A stretch of DNA of 64,000 nucleotides from Candidatus Latescibacterota bacterium (GTDB taxonomy: Bacteria > Latescibacterota > UBA2968 > GCA-2709665). Every line of letters begins with the position of its first letter. The first letter of the stretch is position 1. The notes beneath the pieces are model-generated. The model was not told where the DNA came from and ran no database searches. It saw only the letters and a list, made by a program, of their open reading frames with translations. The DNA is taken from NCBI GenBank assembly GCA_965203805.1, contig OZ241917.1, positions 2,624,001-2,688,000 on the forward strand. Reading direction: 5' to 3'. Positions 55,677-64,000 of the stretch are shown in pieces. The position numbers and the translations under genes were made by a program.

Positions 55677-56308
55677 AGTTCTTCAGCGAACGCGACGTAC
55701 GGCGGCACTACGACCTCCTGCAGCACCGTCCGGAACTTGGCCTCACGCAGCTGAAAGCCATGGACGGATCGCACGTCATCGGCATCGGGTTGTTCGATAA
55801 CGAGGCCGATTTCGTTTCAGAGTGCCGGCGCTACAATGGGTTGGGCACGCTGTCCGTGGGTGTGAACCCGAGGTCGAATCGCCTGCTGCACGACTACGGC
55901 GGATTGAAGAACCGCATGCGTACCCTGTTCAGGGACGTCGTTGCGGAAGGCGATATCGACTACGTAACCGGCATGGCCGTTCGCGATCCGGAACGTCTCG
56001 GCCGACCTCCCCGGAAGTTCCTTCGCGACGCTTCGGTGTTCGCGGACGGGAAGGTGTTCTTTCCGCTCGACAAGTCGATACCGGTATCCTCCGATTCCCT
56101 CCAGAACGTCCGGCGGCAGCTGGACTTCTGGCTCTACGGCGCAACCGAATCCGGCGGGATCAATCTGATGCAATTCGTACGGGTTGCGGGAACGGCGGCG
56201 GCCGATGGGGGTTGGTTCAAGCGCCGAACGGCGTTCAAGAGATTTCGCCCCTACATCATGGATGGCATCACGGCTGAGATCGAGGATGTGAAGGACGAAT
56301 CGGTTTAG
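55673..56308 (+). CDS. Hypothetical protein translationally coupled to argH
   Basis: GTGA overlap with the argH stop; coherent 211-aa ORF. Confidence 0.7.
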   Translation: MKFFSERDVRRHYDLLQHRPELGLTQLKAMDGSHVIGIGLFDNEADFVSECRRYNGLGTLSVGVNPRSNRLLHDYGGLKNRMRTLFRDVVAEGDIDYVTGMAVRDPERLGRPPRKFLRDASVFADGKVFFPLDKSIPVSSDSLQNVRRQLDFWLYGATESGGINLMQFVRVAGTAAADGGWFKRRTAFKRFRPYIMDGITAEIEDVKDESV

Positions 56309-56503
56309 CCGGCACGGAAGCGGAACTTTGTATCGGTTGGGGCGTCTGCGGGGAAGCGTGTTGTGCAGGACCGGCATCTGGCGTACGGGTCGACGACCCG
56401 TTTTTTTTTCGCGGTATCGGCTCGCGCGCTTGACCTTCCGGAGTACCCGCCGTAGCGGTCCGTTGATAACGTCGAAAGTGGAAGTCACCTCACATCCAGG
56501 GAG

Positions 56504-57532
56504 ATGGGTATGTATCAAAAAGCAATCGCATTGCTTTGCGCGTGCAGTCTGCTATGGACCAGCCTCATTGGCGCGGGCCATACCTGGGCGGCGGAGTCCA
56601 CCGGTGGCAAGGCGGAGAAGAAGGACGATGAAGAACGCCCCGAAACCATGCGCACGATCGAAGCCCTGGACGACGCGGGCTGGTCGATCGTGGACGTGAG
56701 ACAGATTACGGGAAAGCTGGTCATTCTGAGCCCACTGGTGGGACCGGAGATCGACCTGGAAGAGAGTAACCGGTACTCCCTTTTTCAAGGGAGAAGCGTC
56801 TACAACGAGAGGGTCCCCCTGCGGTTTTTCGACATGGCGATTCCCGGACTTCAGACAGCATCGTTCCTGAAACTCGGGGAACGCTTGATGGTGAGGATCC
56901 GGTATCGGTCGGGTTCGGAGATCGCGGACAGGACGATGCCGGTAGGCGATGAGGATGCGCTTCGACGGCTGCGCGAGTACGTCGAACACTTCGACGAGGT
57001 GAGGAAGGGCGAATACAAGATTGGCTTCGAATCCGGATTGCCCGAAGATGCGGAATATCCGATGTATACCGATCGGGAGGTTTCGTTCACAGAGCGGCGC
57101 ACCCGCGCGGGGATCACGCGCCGTCTTCGGGGCGGGGTGGTACTCAAGGACGGCGAACGGATACAGGGGCAATTGCTGCCGGAGTATGACGACGGGACCA
57201 TACTGGTCCAATCCGGGCTCGACGCCCGGCGGGTTCCGGTTGAAGATATCGATCGGGTGCTGTTTCTCCGGGGGCGGCGATCCAGAAAGCTCGGCGCCGC
57301 CGTCCGAATGGGGGTCGGGGGCGCCGTGTCCGGCGCTCTTCTGGGAACGTTGGCCGCCTGGCAGTCCAACTCTCCCGTTAAGGAAACAGCCATTCTCTTT
57401 GCCGCGATATCGGGCGGGATCGGGTTTCTCACCGGTCTGTTCCGCTCGCGAGGCGGTCCTGGCCAGCGAGAGTTTGTGCTCGGACCCGTAAGCGACGAAC
57501 GGGGCCGCGGTAAGGACGGAAAAGACAATTAG
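56504..57532 (+). CDS. Hypothetical exported/membrane protein
   Basis: Signal peptide, C-terminal Gly-rich hydrophobic hairpin, GGAG RBS. Confidence 0.65.
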   Translation: MGMYQKAIALLCACSLLWTSLIGAGHTWAAESTGGKAEKKDDEERPETMRTIEALDDAGWSIVDVRQITGKLVILSPLVGPEIDLEESNRYSLFQGRSVYNERVPLRFFDMAIPGLQTASFLKLGERLMVRIRYRSGSEIADRTMPVGDEDALRRLREYVEHFDEVRKGEYKIGFESGLPEDAEYPMYTDREVSFTERRTRAGITRRLRGGVVLKDGERIQGQLLPEYDDGTILVQSGLDARRVPVEDIDRVLFLRGRRSRKLGAAVRMGVGGAVSGALLGTLAAWQSNSPVKETAILFAAISGGIGFLTGLFRSRGGPGQREFVLGPVSDERGRGKDGKDN

Positions 57533-57666
57533 AAAAAGCGTGAGCCCGGCGGAAAGTAGGTTGCAAGTGCGGTCCGGTCGGGCATCTTCCAGAGACGATC
57601 CTCAGCGAAACCGGTCGTTCGCGTCCGGGATCCGCTAGACATTGGCCTCGATGCGGGGAGGATGAA

Positions 57667-58182
57667 TTGGGAATCCTGCAATTTCAGGGCATTTCACCGG
57701 CAATCGACGATTCCGCGTTTCTCGCTGAAGGAGCGATACTTGTCGGAGAGGTGAGTGTCTCGGCGGAGGCGAGCATCTGGTTCAACGCCGTGTTGCGCGG
57801 CGACGAGGAGCCGATCAGGATCGGCAAAGGGTCCAATATCCAGGACGGAGCTGTCCTGCATACCGATCCCGGATGCCCCTGTACCGTGGGCGAGTACGTT
57901 ACGGTCGGGCACAATGCGATTCTACACGGTTGTACCGTGTACCGCGGGGCGACCATCGGGATGGGCGCGACGGTGTTGAATCATGCCCGGGTCGGCGAGG
58001 AATCGCTGGTGGCGGCAAATGCGCTCGTGCTCGAAGGCATGGAAATCCCGCCCCGGACGCTGGCCGCGGGCGTGCCGGCCAGAGTAAGGCGTGACCTGAC
58101 GGAAGAAGAGATCGCAAATTTCAGGAAGAATACGGACGGGTACGTCAGGAGGGGGAGAGTCTACAAGGGACAAGGCCGGTAA
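57667..58182 (+). CDS. Gamma carbonic anhydrase family (YrdA/PaaY-like)
   Basis: IWFNAVLRGD, SNIQDGAVLH, TVGHNAILHGC, IGMGA hexapeptide repeats. Confidence 0.92.
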   Translation: MGILQFQGISPAIDDSAFLAEGAILVGEVSVSAEASIWFNAVLRGDEEPIRIGKGSNIQDGAVLHTDPGCPCTVGEYVTVGHNAILHGCTVYRGATIGMGATVLNHARVGEESLVAANALVLEGMEIPPRTLAAGVPARVRRDLTEEEIANFRKNTDGYVRRGRVYKGQGR

Positions 58183-58359
58183 GATGGGCGTTGAGATTCG
58201 TCGAAGGCGGGCTCCTGTGGATTGGCGCCCGCCGTTATTGTTGCTTCACCGTACCGTTGGTTCCGCTGAGGTCGTGAGTGTGGTGGTGCTTGATCCGGTA
58301 CCGCAAAATGGCAGTTAGCGGTACGGTCGCCGAAAATATGCGAAATCTGGTTAGATACG

Positions 58360-58737
58360 GTGGATCCCAAGCACGATATTTCCCAGAGGTTCGAAAAGGG
58401 CGTCCGTGAGTTCAATGCCGCCGACTTCTATGCGTCTCACGACACGTGGGAGGACGTCTGGATGGATGTGCGGGGCGCTGAAAGGCCCTTCTTCCAGGGC
58501 ATGATTCAGTTGGCCGTCGGCTATTACCATCTGACGTGCGAGAATTACGCGGGCGCCGAACACCTGTTCACCCGGGGGATTCGCAAGCTGACGGCGTTCA
58601 CCCCGGCACACAGGGGACTCGATACCGCGGATCTGGTTCGAGCGGCCGAGGCGGCGCTGGCCGAGGTCCTCGAGGTTCGCGCGGGGAGACGAAAGACGAC
58701 CAATTCGGATATCGCGCCCAGGATTCGACGCGCATAA
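58360..58737 (+). CDS. DUF309-domain protein
   Basis: G...FN..DFY.SHD.WE.VW.....FFQG.IQLAVG.YH. Confidence 0.85.
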   Translation: MDPKHDISQRFEKGVREFNAADFYASHDTWEDVWMDVRGAERPFFQGMIQLAVGYYHLTCENYAGAEHLFTRGIRKLTAFTPAHRGLDTADLVRAAEAALAEVLEVRAGRRKTTNSDIAPRIRRA

Positions 58738-58779
58738 TCCGGCGCTCTGTCGCCGAAGTCCGAAATCGAGCGACGTTCG

Positions 58780-58808
58780 TTGACATGAACCGGTGACTGA
58801 CATATATT
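58780..58808 (+). promoter_or_regulatory. Sigma70-like promoter
   Basis: TTGACA-N17-TATATT upstream of the SDR gene. Confidence 0.6.
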
Positions 58809-58895
58809 GTATCAAGTTCGTAAGCTATTATTATTTGGCAACGTAGACGCTGACTCTATTGTAATTGCGATCGGACGACATTAGAGAGGTTTTCG

Positions 58896-59684
58896 ATGCG
58901 GTTAGAGGGAAAGGTCGCGTGGATTACGGGCGGTGGCGCCGGTATCGGCGAGGCGGTGTCCATCCGGTTCGCGAAGGAAGGCGCGAAGGTGGTTGTGTTG
59001 GAACTCGACCAGTTGCGCGGTGAGGCCGTGGTCGAGTCGATCCGCGGGGCCGGCGGCGCGGCGGCGCTGGTGGTTGGCAGCGCTACGGACGAAGCGGATG
59101 TCAATCGGGCGCTGCATGTGGCCCAGGAAGCCTTTGGCGGCCTCGATATTCTGGTGAACAATGCCTATTATTGCCATGGCACCCATGTCCCGGACATCGA
59201 TCCGGAACTGTGGGACCGGAATATCGAGGGATGCCTGAAGAGTGCCTACCTGTGCAGCCGTGCGGCGCTTCCGCAGATGATCCGTCGCGGAGGCGGGTCG
59301 ATCGTGAATATTTCGTCCGTCAACGCACTGATGTCGTTTGGCGAGGCCGCGTATAGCGCGGCAAAGGCGGGCGTCATCTCGCTCACCAAGACAACCGCTG
59401 TAGATTACGGCCCCGATGGCGTGCGGGTAAATGCAATCTGCCCCGGTACCGTCATCACGGAAGGGTGGCAGCACGTACTCGAAAAAGACCCTCGGATTTT
59501 CGAACGTATCGCAGAGGTTTATCCCCTCAAACGCGTGGGCAGACCTGAGGAAATCGCGAATGTTGCGCTCTTTCTCGCCTCGGAGGAGGCATCGTTCGTT
59601 ACCGGCTCGGTTGTCGTGGCCGACGGAGGCGTGACGTCTGGCAATCCCGCGTTTCTGGACCACGTGGAAGGCAAACTCTCGTGA
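58896..59684 (+). CDS. Short-chain dehydrogenase/reductase
   Basis: TGGGAGIG, LVNNA, NISS, YSAAK, VNAICPG. Confidence 0.93.
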   Translation: MRLEGKVAWITGGGAGIGEAVSIRFAKEGAKVVVLELDQLRGEAVVESIRGAGGAAALVVGSATDEADVNRALHVAQEAFGGLDILVNNAYYCHGTHVPDIDPELWDRNIEGCLKSAYLCSRAALPQMIRRGGGSIVNISSVNALMSFGEAAYSAAKAGVISLTKTTAVDYGPDGVRVNAICPGTVITEGWQHVLEKDPRIFERIAEVYPLKRVGRPEEIANVALFLASEEASFVTGSVVVADGGVTSGNPAFLDHVEGKLS

Positions 59685-60604
59685 ACCCCACGCTCCGTTT
59701 GCGCGACGGGTCTGTCTCGAATCAGGATCTCGCGAACCTGATGGCGCGATGTGCCGAGGGTGGAGGCGAACTAACGCCGCCGGCCACGGAGACGCTTGAA
59801 AACCTGCGGACCGAAGAGATTGTGCTGGCGTTCGACGGTCCGGCGCCCGCAGGTGTCTGCGTGACGGCGTTCAAACCGGGAGAACGGGAAGCGGCGCTGA
59901 GATTCCTGGGGGTGCTTCCGGAACACCGCCGCGCCGGCGTGGCCGGACGGCTATTGGCACAAGCGGAGAAAGTCGCGTTCAGGAACGGGTATGGATCTTT
60001 GCGGACCGCCGCAAGCATCGCCAGCGATAACAAGGCTCCGGTGAGATTGCTCGAACGGTCAGGCTGGAAACCCGAGTTCGGCGCCAGCCTGAGAATGTGG
60101 CGGGAGCTCAAGCACCTGCCTGAGGCGAAACCGCCGGCGGGGTACGGGATCAGGACCTACGAGACCGGAGACGATGCGGCATTCGTACGGATCAAGAATG
60201 CCGCCTTTCTGAGTGAGAATGTCGGCGGCCGGGCGTGGACGGTTGCGGACTTTGAAAAGGAATACCTGGACTCGCCGTATTTCAGTCCGGAGAGAGTCCT
60301 GTTCGCAGTTTGTAACGGAGAACCTGTAGGAACGACCACGGCCTGGTCCGCGACGTATCGAGGCAGGGAAGTCGGACTGATTCACTGGGTGGCGGTAGTA
60401 CCGGAACACCGGAAGAAGGGGCTGGGCCTGGTGTTGAACGTACGGGCGTTGCACAGGTTGAAAGCGCTCGGGTACGGGGAAGCCACTCTGAATACCAGCG
60501 AAACGCTGGAATCGGCCGTTCGCCTGTATCACCGGTTGGGTTTTGAAGTCGTTGTCCGGCGCGCCCACTATCGCAAGACGTTGAGCAGCGCTGCCAACCA
60601 TTAG
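59681..60604 (+). CDS. Tandem GNAT acetyltransferase
   Basis: Two motif A copies (GVLPEHRRAGVA and VAVVPEHRKKGLG) and AVRLYHRLGF. Confidence 0.85.
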   Translation: MNPTLRLRDGSVSNQDLANLMARCAEGGGELTPPATETLENLRTEEIVLAFDGPAPAGVCVTAFKPGEREAALRFLGVLPEHRRAGVAGRLLAQAEKVAFRNGYGSLRTAASIASDNKAPVRLLERSGWKPEFGASLRMWRELKHLPEAKPPAGYGIRTYETGDDAAFVRIKNAAFLSENVGGRAWTVADFEKEYLDSPYFSPERVLFAVCNGEPVGTTTAWSATYRGREVGLIHWVAVVPEHRKKGLGLVLNVRALHRLKALGYGEATLNTSETLESAVRLYHRLGFEVVVRRAHYRKTLSSAANH

Positions 60605-60664
60605 GGTACTCCGTTCCATTTGCACCGGATGCGCGGCGGCCGACCGGGTCTGGGGACAGCGACA

Positions 60665-61183
60665 ATGAGACGATGCCTGGGAATACTGCTGATTGTTTGC
60701 GCAGGCTGCGGATCATCGGATCCCGTCGGTGTGGTCGAACCGACACCATATCCTTCGGGTGCGATGGTATCGGTTGCCGCCACGGACTTCAATGAGTACC
60801 TCGTAAACGTCGCGCGAACCTATGAAACCGTGAATGTGATGAACGCCGAATTCGGCTCCATCACCCAGGGGTGGTCGGGCGGCGTGGTTTCGAAGTACTG
60901 GACACGGCAGTTCATGTCCAACTTGATTGCCCGCCTGGAAACGCTTCAGATAAAGGTACGCGACATCCGGCCGGACGATAGCGAATTGCGGAGGATTCAC
61001 GGTAGTTACGAGCAGGGGCTGACCACGTTCCACGAGGCGTTCGTCGCCTTTCTCAACCTGATCGACTTCCCAACGACAGCGGGGATTGAAGGCGTGAATC
61101 TGCTGATTTTCAGAGGCAACAGACGAATGGATGAGTTTCGGCTGATGCTGAGCAATCTTGCAGGGCGGCAAATTCAGTTCTAG
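60665..61183 (+). CDS. Hypothetical lipoprotein
   Basis: MRRCLGILLIVCAGC lipobox followed by a helical body. Confidence 0.7.
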   Translation: MRRCLGILLIVCAGCGSSDPVGVVEPTPYPSGAMVSVAATDFNEYLVNVARTYETVNVMNAEFGSITQGWSGGVVSKYWTRQFMSNLIARLETLQIKVRDIRPDDSELRRIHGSYEQGLTTFHEAFVAFLNLIDFPTTAGIEGVNLLIFRGNRRMDEFRLMLSNLAGRQIQF

Positions 61184-61271
61184 TTTCCTCTCCCTCTTAA
61201 ACTCTCACCGCCTGTCATCAAACGAAAAAAGGATATAAAATATTAATAAATAGTAGTTTATGTATATTCTT

Positions 61272-61306
61272 CAAAGAAGGGTCCGTTCAGGACCCTTCTT
61301 TGTTTT
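61272..61306 (+). terminator. Intrinsic terminator-like hairpin
   Basis: CAAAGAAGGGTCC-GTTCA-GGACCCTTCTTTG followed by TTTT. Confidence 0.65.
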
Positions 61307-61499
61307 GGCCGTTGACGTCATGCCTCAAGGCGCCCCATTCCTTTGAGAGAGTACCTGATTGCGATTGGATTTTTTGAACCGGATCACTCTGGAATGTGTC
61401 TTCCAAGAGTGAAGGGAGGTATTGCGGGCATTGGGACCTGCAACGCCGTCCTGTTGTCCGTCCGGACATCTGGCTTGCGGGGAGCAAGGAGATCCTTGT

Positions 61500-63536
61500 A
61501 TGGTTCGACTCGCGATTACGATTGGGCTCCTGGCGTTGAGCGTTCCCGCCGTTGAGGCCGGACGATCGGATCCGGCGAGGGTGGACTCGCTGCTGGCCGC
61601 GGCGGCGGATACGCTGCTCGAACAGGACCGCCGCGAAGCCCTGATGAAGCGTGCCTTGAGGTATGACCGGTCCGGCAGGACGATGCACGCCCTGGCGCGG
61701 TTTTACATGGCGCAGGGCACGCCGGTTTCCCGCCAGACCGCGGACACGTGGCTGCTGCGCGCGATGATCCGGGAGCGGCAGAATCCGGACTATCTGGCAA
61801 CCTCGGCGGAATTGTATTGGCGGAGGTTGCAGCGTCCGAACTCGTACCGGAAAGCCCTCGAGGCGCTGGAACGAGACCCGGACCACGTGGAGGCGTTATT
61901 CTGGGCGGGGCGATTCGCGGTCTGGTCCTGGGAGTATACTTACTTTACGGAGATGCCCGATGACGATGCCAAAACGACGATCGGGAGATTCTCACTACGT
62001 ACCGAAAAGACGCTGACGTACGTCGAATATCCGGACCTGGGCATCGACACTGGGATCGGGTACCTTTCACGCGCCATCCGCCTTGATCCCGTCCACTGGC
62101 CGTCGCATCAGTACCTCGGGCTGTCGTACTATGCGGCCGAGATGCCCGGACCCCTGATCGAGCTCTTCGAGGCCTATCGACAGCGGCGTCCGGGAAATTG
62201 GAATGCCCACTTCTTCGCGGGCCTCGGCTATCAGATGAAGGGCGACCTGGAAACGGCGTACCGGGCCTACGCGGACGGGCTGAGTCGGATGACCGATACT
62301 GCCCGCAGCTTCATGCAATCGATATTCCTGATCCGGGACCCTGCAGACGAAAGTGGTGAACCCCCGCCGAGCGACGAAGCAATCCGCAAGTTCTGGTTCG
62401 GAAAGGACCCGCTGTATCTTACCTCGGTCAACGAACGCCTGCTGGAACAGTGCCGGCGCGTGGCGTACGCGAACCTGCGGTTCTCCGATCCCACACTTGG
62501 GCGGGAGGGCTGGCAGACCGACAGGGGACAGATTTATGTCCGATACGGAGACCCGCGCGTCCGGTTCATGAAGGATCCCGCGAGGGGACGAAAGGAAATA
62601 TGGGACTACGGTCCGTTTACGGTGGTTTTCGGCAATACGCTGACCTGGGACTCCTGGCGGTTCGGATGGGCCTCCCGGGGAAACAAACGCCTGACACTCG
62701 AACAACTGGTGGAGGCGGTACCCGACCTCTATGAGCATCCGTTGCAGTATGACGCCCCGTACCAGACTGCCCAGTTCCGGCACGACGACGGCAATACGCG
62801 CATCGAATTGTATTACGCGCTGTCGGAAGAAAACCTGCGGCGCGAAGGAACCGGAGGCCGCGGGACCGCCGCGGTGGACGTCAGACAGGCGCTATTCTTG
62901 TTCGACTCGGCGTGGGACACCGTCCGCCACATCGTCCAGGGTGTAGGGCGGATGCCACGGGTCGAGTATGAATCCACGGAAGAGGCCTTCCTGCTGGCAG
63001 CGGAACGCATGATCCTCGATCCGGGGATGTATTTTCTGGCGGGCGAAGTCGAAGACCGGGCGACGAATCGCGTGGGCACGATTCGGGAGCACCTGCGGGT
63101 AAGGGCTTTCGGGCGGGACACGCTGGAGATCAGCGGCCTTCTGATGGCGCGGCGCATCCGGATGCGTGAGAACGCGCCCTACGGCCGGGGGCAATTTGCG
63201 GTCCTGCCGAATCCGCTTCAGGTGTGCCGCGCGGAGGGGCAGGCCTGGTTCTATTTCGAGATCTACAATCTTTCGCGCGACGAATACGGCGGCACGCACT
63301 ACCGCATCAGCTACCAGATGCAGTCACTGCCGGAGGGCGGGGGCGACGGTTCACCGGCCGATTGGACGACGGCCGTCACGTATTCGTACAGGGGCGTCCG
63401 GGATTGGGAACCGCGCGACCTGCGCGTGGATATGGACGGCGCATCACCGGGGCCAAGGGCGTTTCGGGTTGTGGTGGAGGACCTGCACACCGGTCGAAAA
63501 GCGCTGGCGGAAGCGCGTTTCAGAGTCCGATGGTGA
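61500..63536 (+). CDS. GWxTD-domain protein with TPR-like repeats
   Basis: Signal peptide, TPR-like helices, FW..KDP....VNER....RRVAYAN.RF and GWQTDRGQIYVRYGDP. Confidence 0.9.
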   Translation: MVRLAITIGLLALSVPAVEAGRSDPARVDSLLAAAADTLLEQDRREALMKRALRYDRSGRTMHALARFYMAQGTPVSRQTADTWLLRAMIRERQNPDYLATSAELYWRRLQRPNSYRKALEALERDPDHVEALFWAGRFAVWSWEYTYFTEMPDDDAKTTIGRFSLRTEKTLTYVEYPDLGIDTGIGYLSRAIRLDPVHWPSHQYLGLSYYAAEMPGPLIELFEAYRQRRPGNWNAHFFAGLGYQMKGDLETAYRAYADGLSRMTDTARSFMQSIFLIRDPADESGEPPPSDEAIRKFWFGKDPLYLTSVNERLLEQCRRVAYANLRFSDPTLGREGWQTDRGQIYVRYGDPRVRFMKDPARGRKEIWDYGPFTVVFGNTLTWDSWRFGWASRGNKRLTLEQLVEAVPDLYEHPLQYDAPYQTAQFRHDDGNTRIELYYALSEENLRREGTGGRGTAAVDVRQALFLFDSAWDTVRHIVQGVGRMPRVEYESTEEAFLLAAERMILDPGMYFLAGEVEDRATNRVGTIREHLRVRAFGRDTLEISGLLMARRIRMRENAPYGRGQFAVLPNPLQVCRAEGQAWFYFEIYNLSRDEYGGTHYRISYQMQSLPEGGGDGSPADWTTAVTYSYRGVRDWEPRDLRVDMDGASPGPRAFRVVVEDLHTGRKALAEARFRVRW

Positions 63537-63582
63537 TTCGGATGACCCGATACGACGGACTTGCGTGAAAGTCCCCGAGTAA

Positions 63583-63618
63583 CAGAAGAGGCCGGAGGTT
63601 TCTCCCCGGCCTCTTCTG
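63583..63618. terminator. Bidirectional terminator-like hairpin
   Basis: CAGAAGAGGCCGG / CCGGCCTCTTCTG between convergent genes. Confidence 0.7.
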
Positions 63619-63661
63619 CTTTCAACGACTGTCAGATTAAGGAGTTCGACGGCAGGTACGG

Positions 63662-64000
63662 TTACACCAGCGCGACGATCGCCCCCTGCGACACCAGGGT
63701 CTCCTCGCCGTTGTGCGCCAACCGCGCCGGGGCGGCGCCGGTGTTTCTCGCCCAGACCTCCCCGGTTTCCGCGGCGTTGATCTCAAACGAACCGGTCGTT
63801 TCAATCTCCAGGATAGCCTTCTGAAGCCGGGCTTCGCCCGCGCCGAGGTCTCGCGAATAGGCGACACCATCTTCCTCCACGCGGGTAACACCGCCGAATA
63901 TGGGAATCTCGCTGAGTTCGGAGCGCGACGCTGTAAAGGCGATCGAACCGGCGCTTTCGCCGAAGTTCGCCACGGCCAGATGACCGTCGGCCAGTAGACC
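63662..64000 (-). CDS. Partial (5'-truncated) hypothetical protein
   Basis: Frame open to the window edge and ends just before the hairpin. Confidence 0.5.
   Translation of the reverse strand, partial: GLLADGHLAVANFGESAGSIAFTASRSELSEIPIFGGVTRVEEDGVAYSRDLGAGEARLQKAILEIETTGSFEINAAETGEVWARNTGAAPARLAHNGEETLVSQGAIVALV

Overview
A GC-rich bacterial chromosomal window. The GWxTD protein, heparinase II/III-like protein, PhyH and many sugar-catabolic genes would fit a Latescibacterota/FCB-type organism; this is inference only. Core content: fumC with a divergent LysR regulator, a nucleotide-sugar cluster, meaB plus a B12-binding domain, sugar/ABC genes, an nfeD-floA operon, tRNA-Leu(CAA), tRNA-Met(CAT), a heparinase-like catabolic run, an argRCBDGH operon with ARG boxes, and miscellaneous enzymes. 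Three lower-GC accessory patches are interspersed: a type II R-M pair hit by an IS5; a PHP-ATPase plus Schlafen/AlbA_2 pair; and an AAA/antitoxin/HEPN-like/pentapeptide-FRG patch next to tRNA-Leu. The most striking observation is in the IS5 (6962-8271, TIRs and TCAA TSD intact). Its transposase carries three separate 19-36 bp hairpin insertions, all bounded by CCTGYCTG...CAGGCAGG and lacking target duplications. Removing exactly those 82 bp restores one 313-aa transposase with canonical motifs. I saw no complete copy elsewhere in the window, which suggests a mini-palindrome mobile system that preferentially scars mobile DNA. All homology calls are by motif recognition, not database search.
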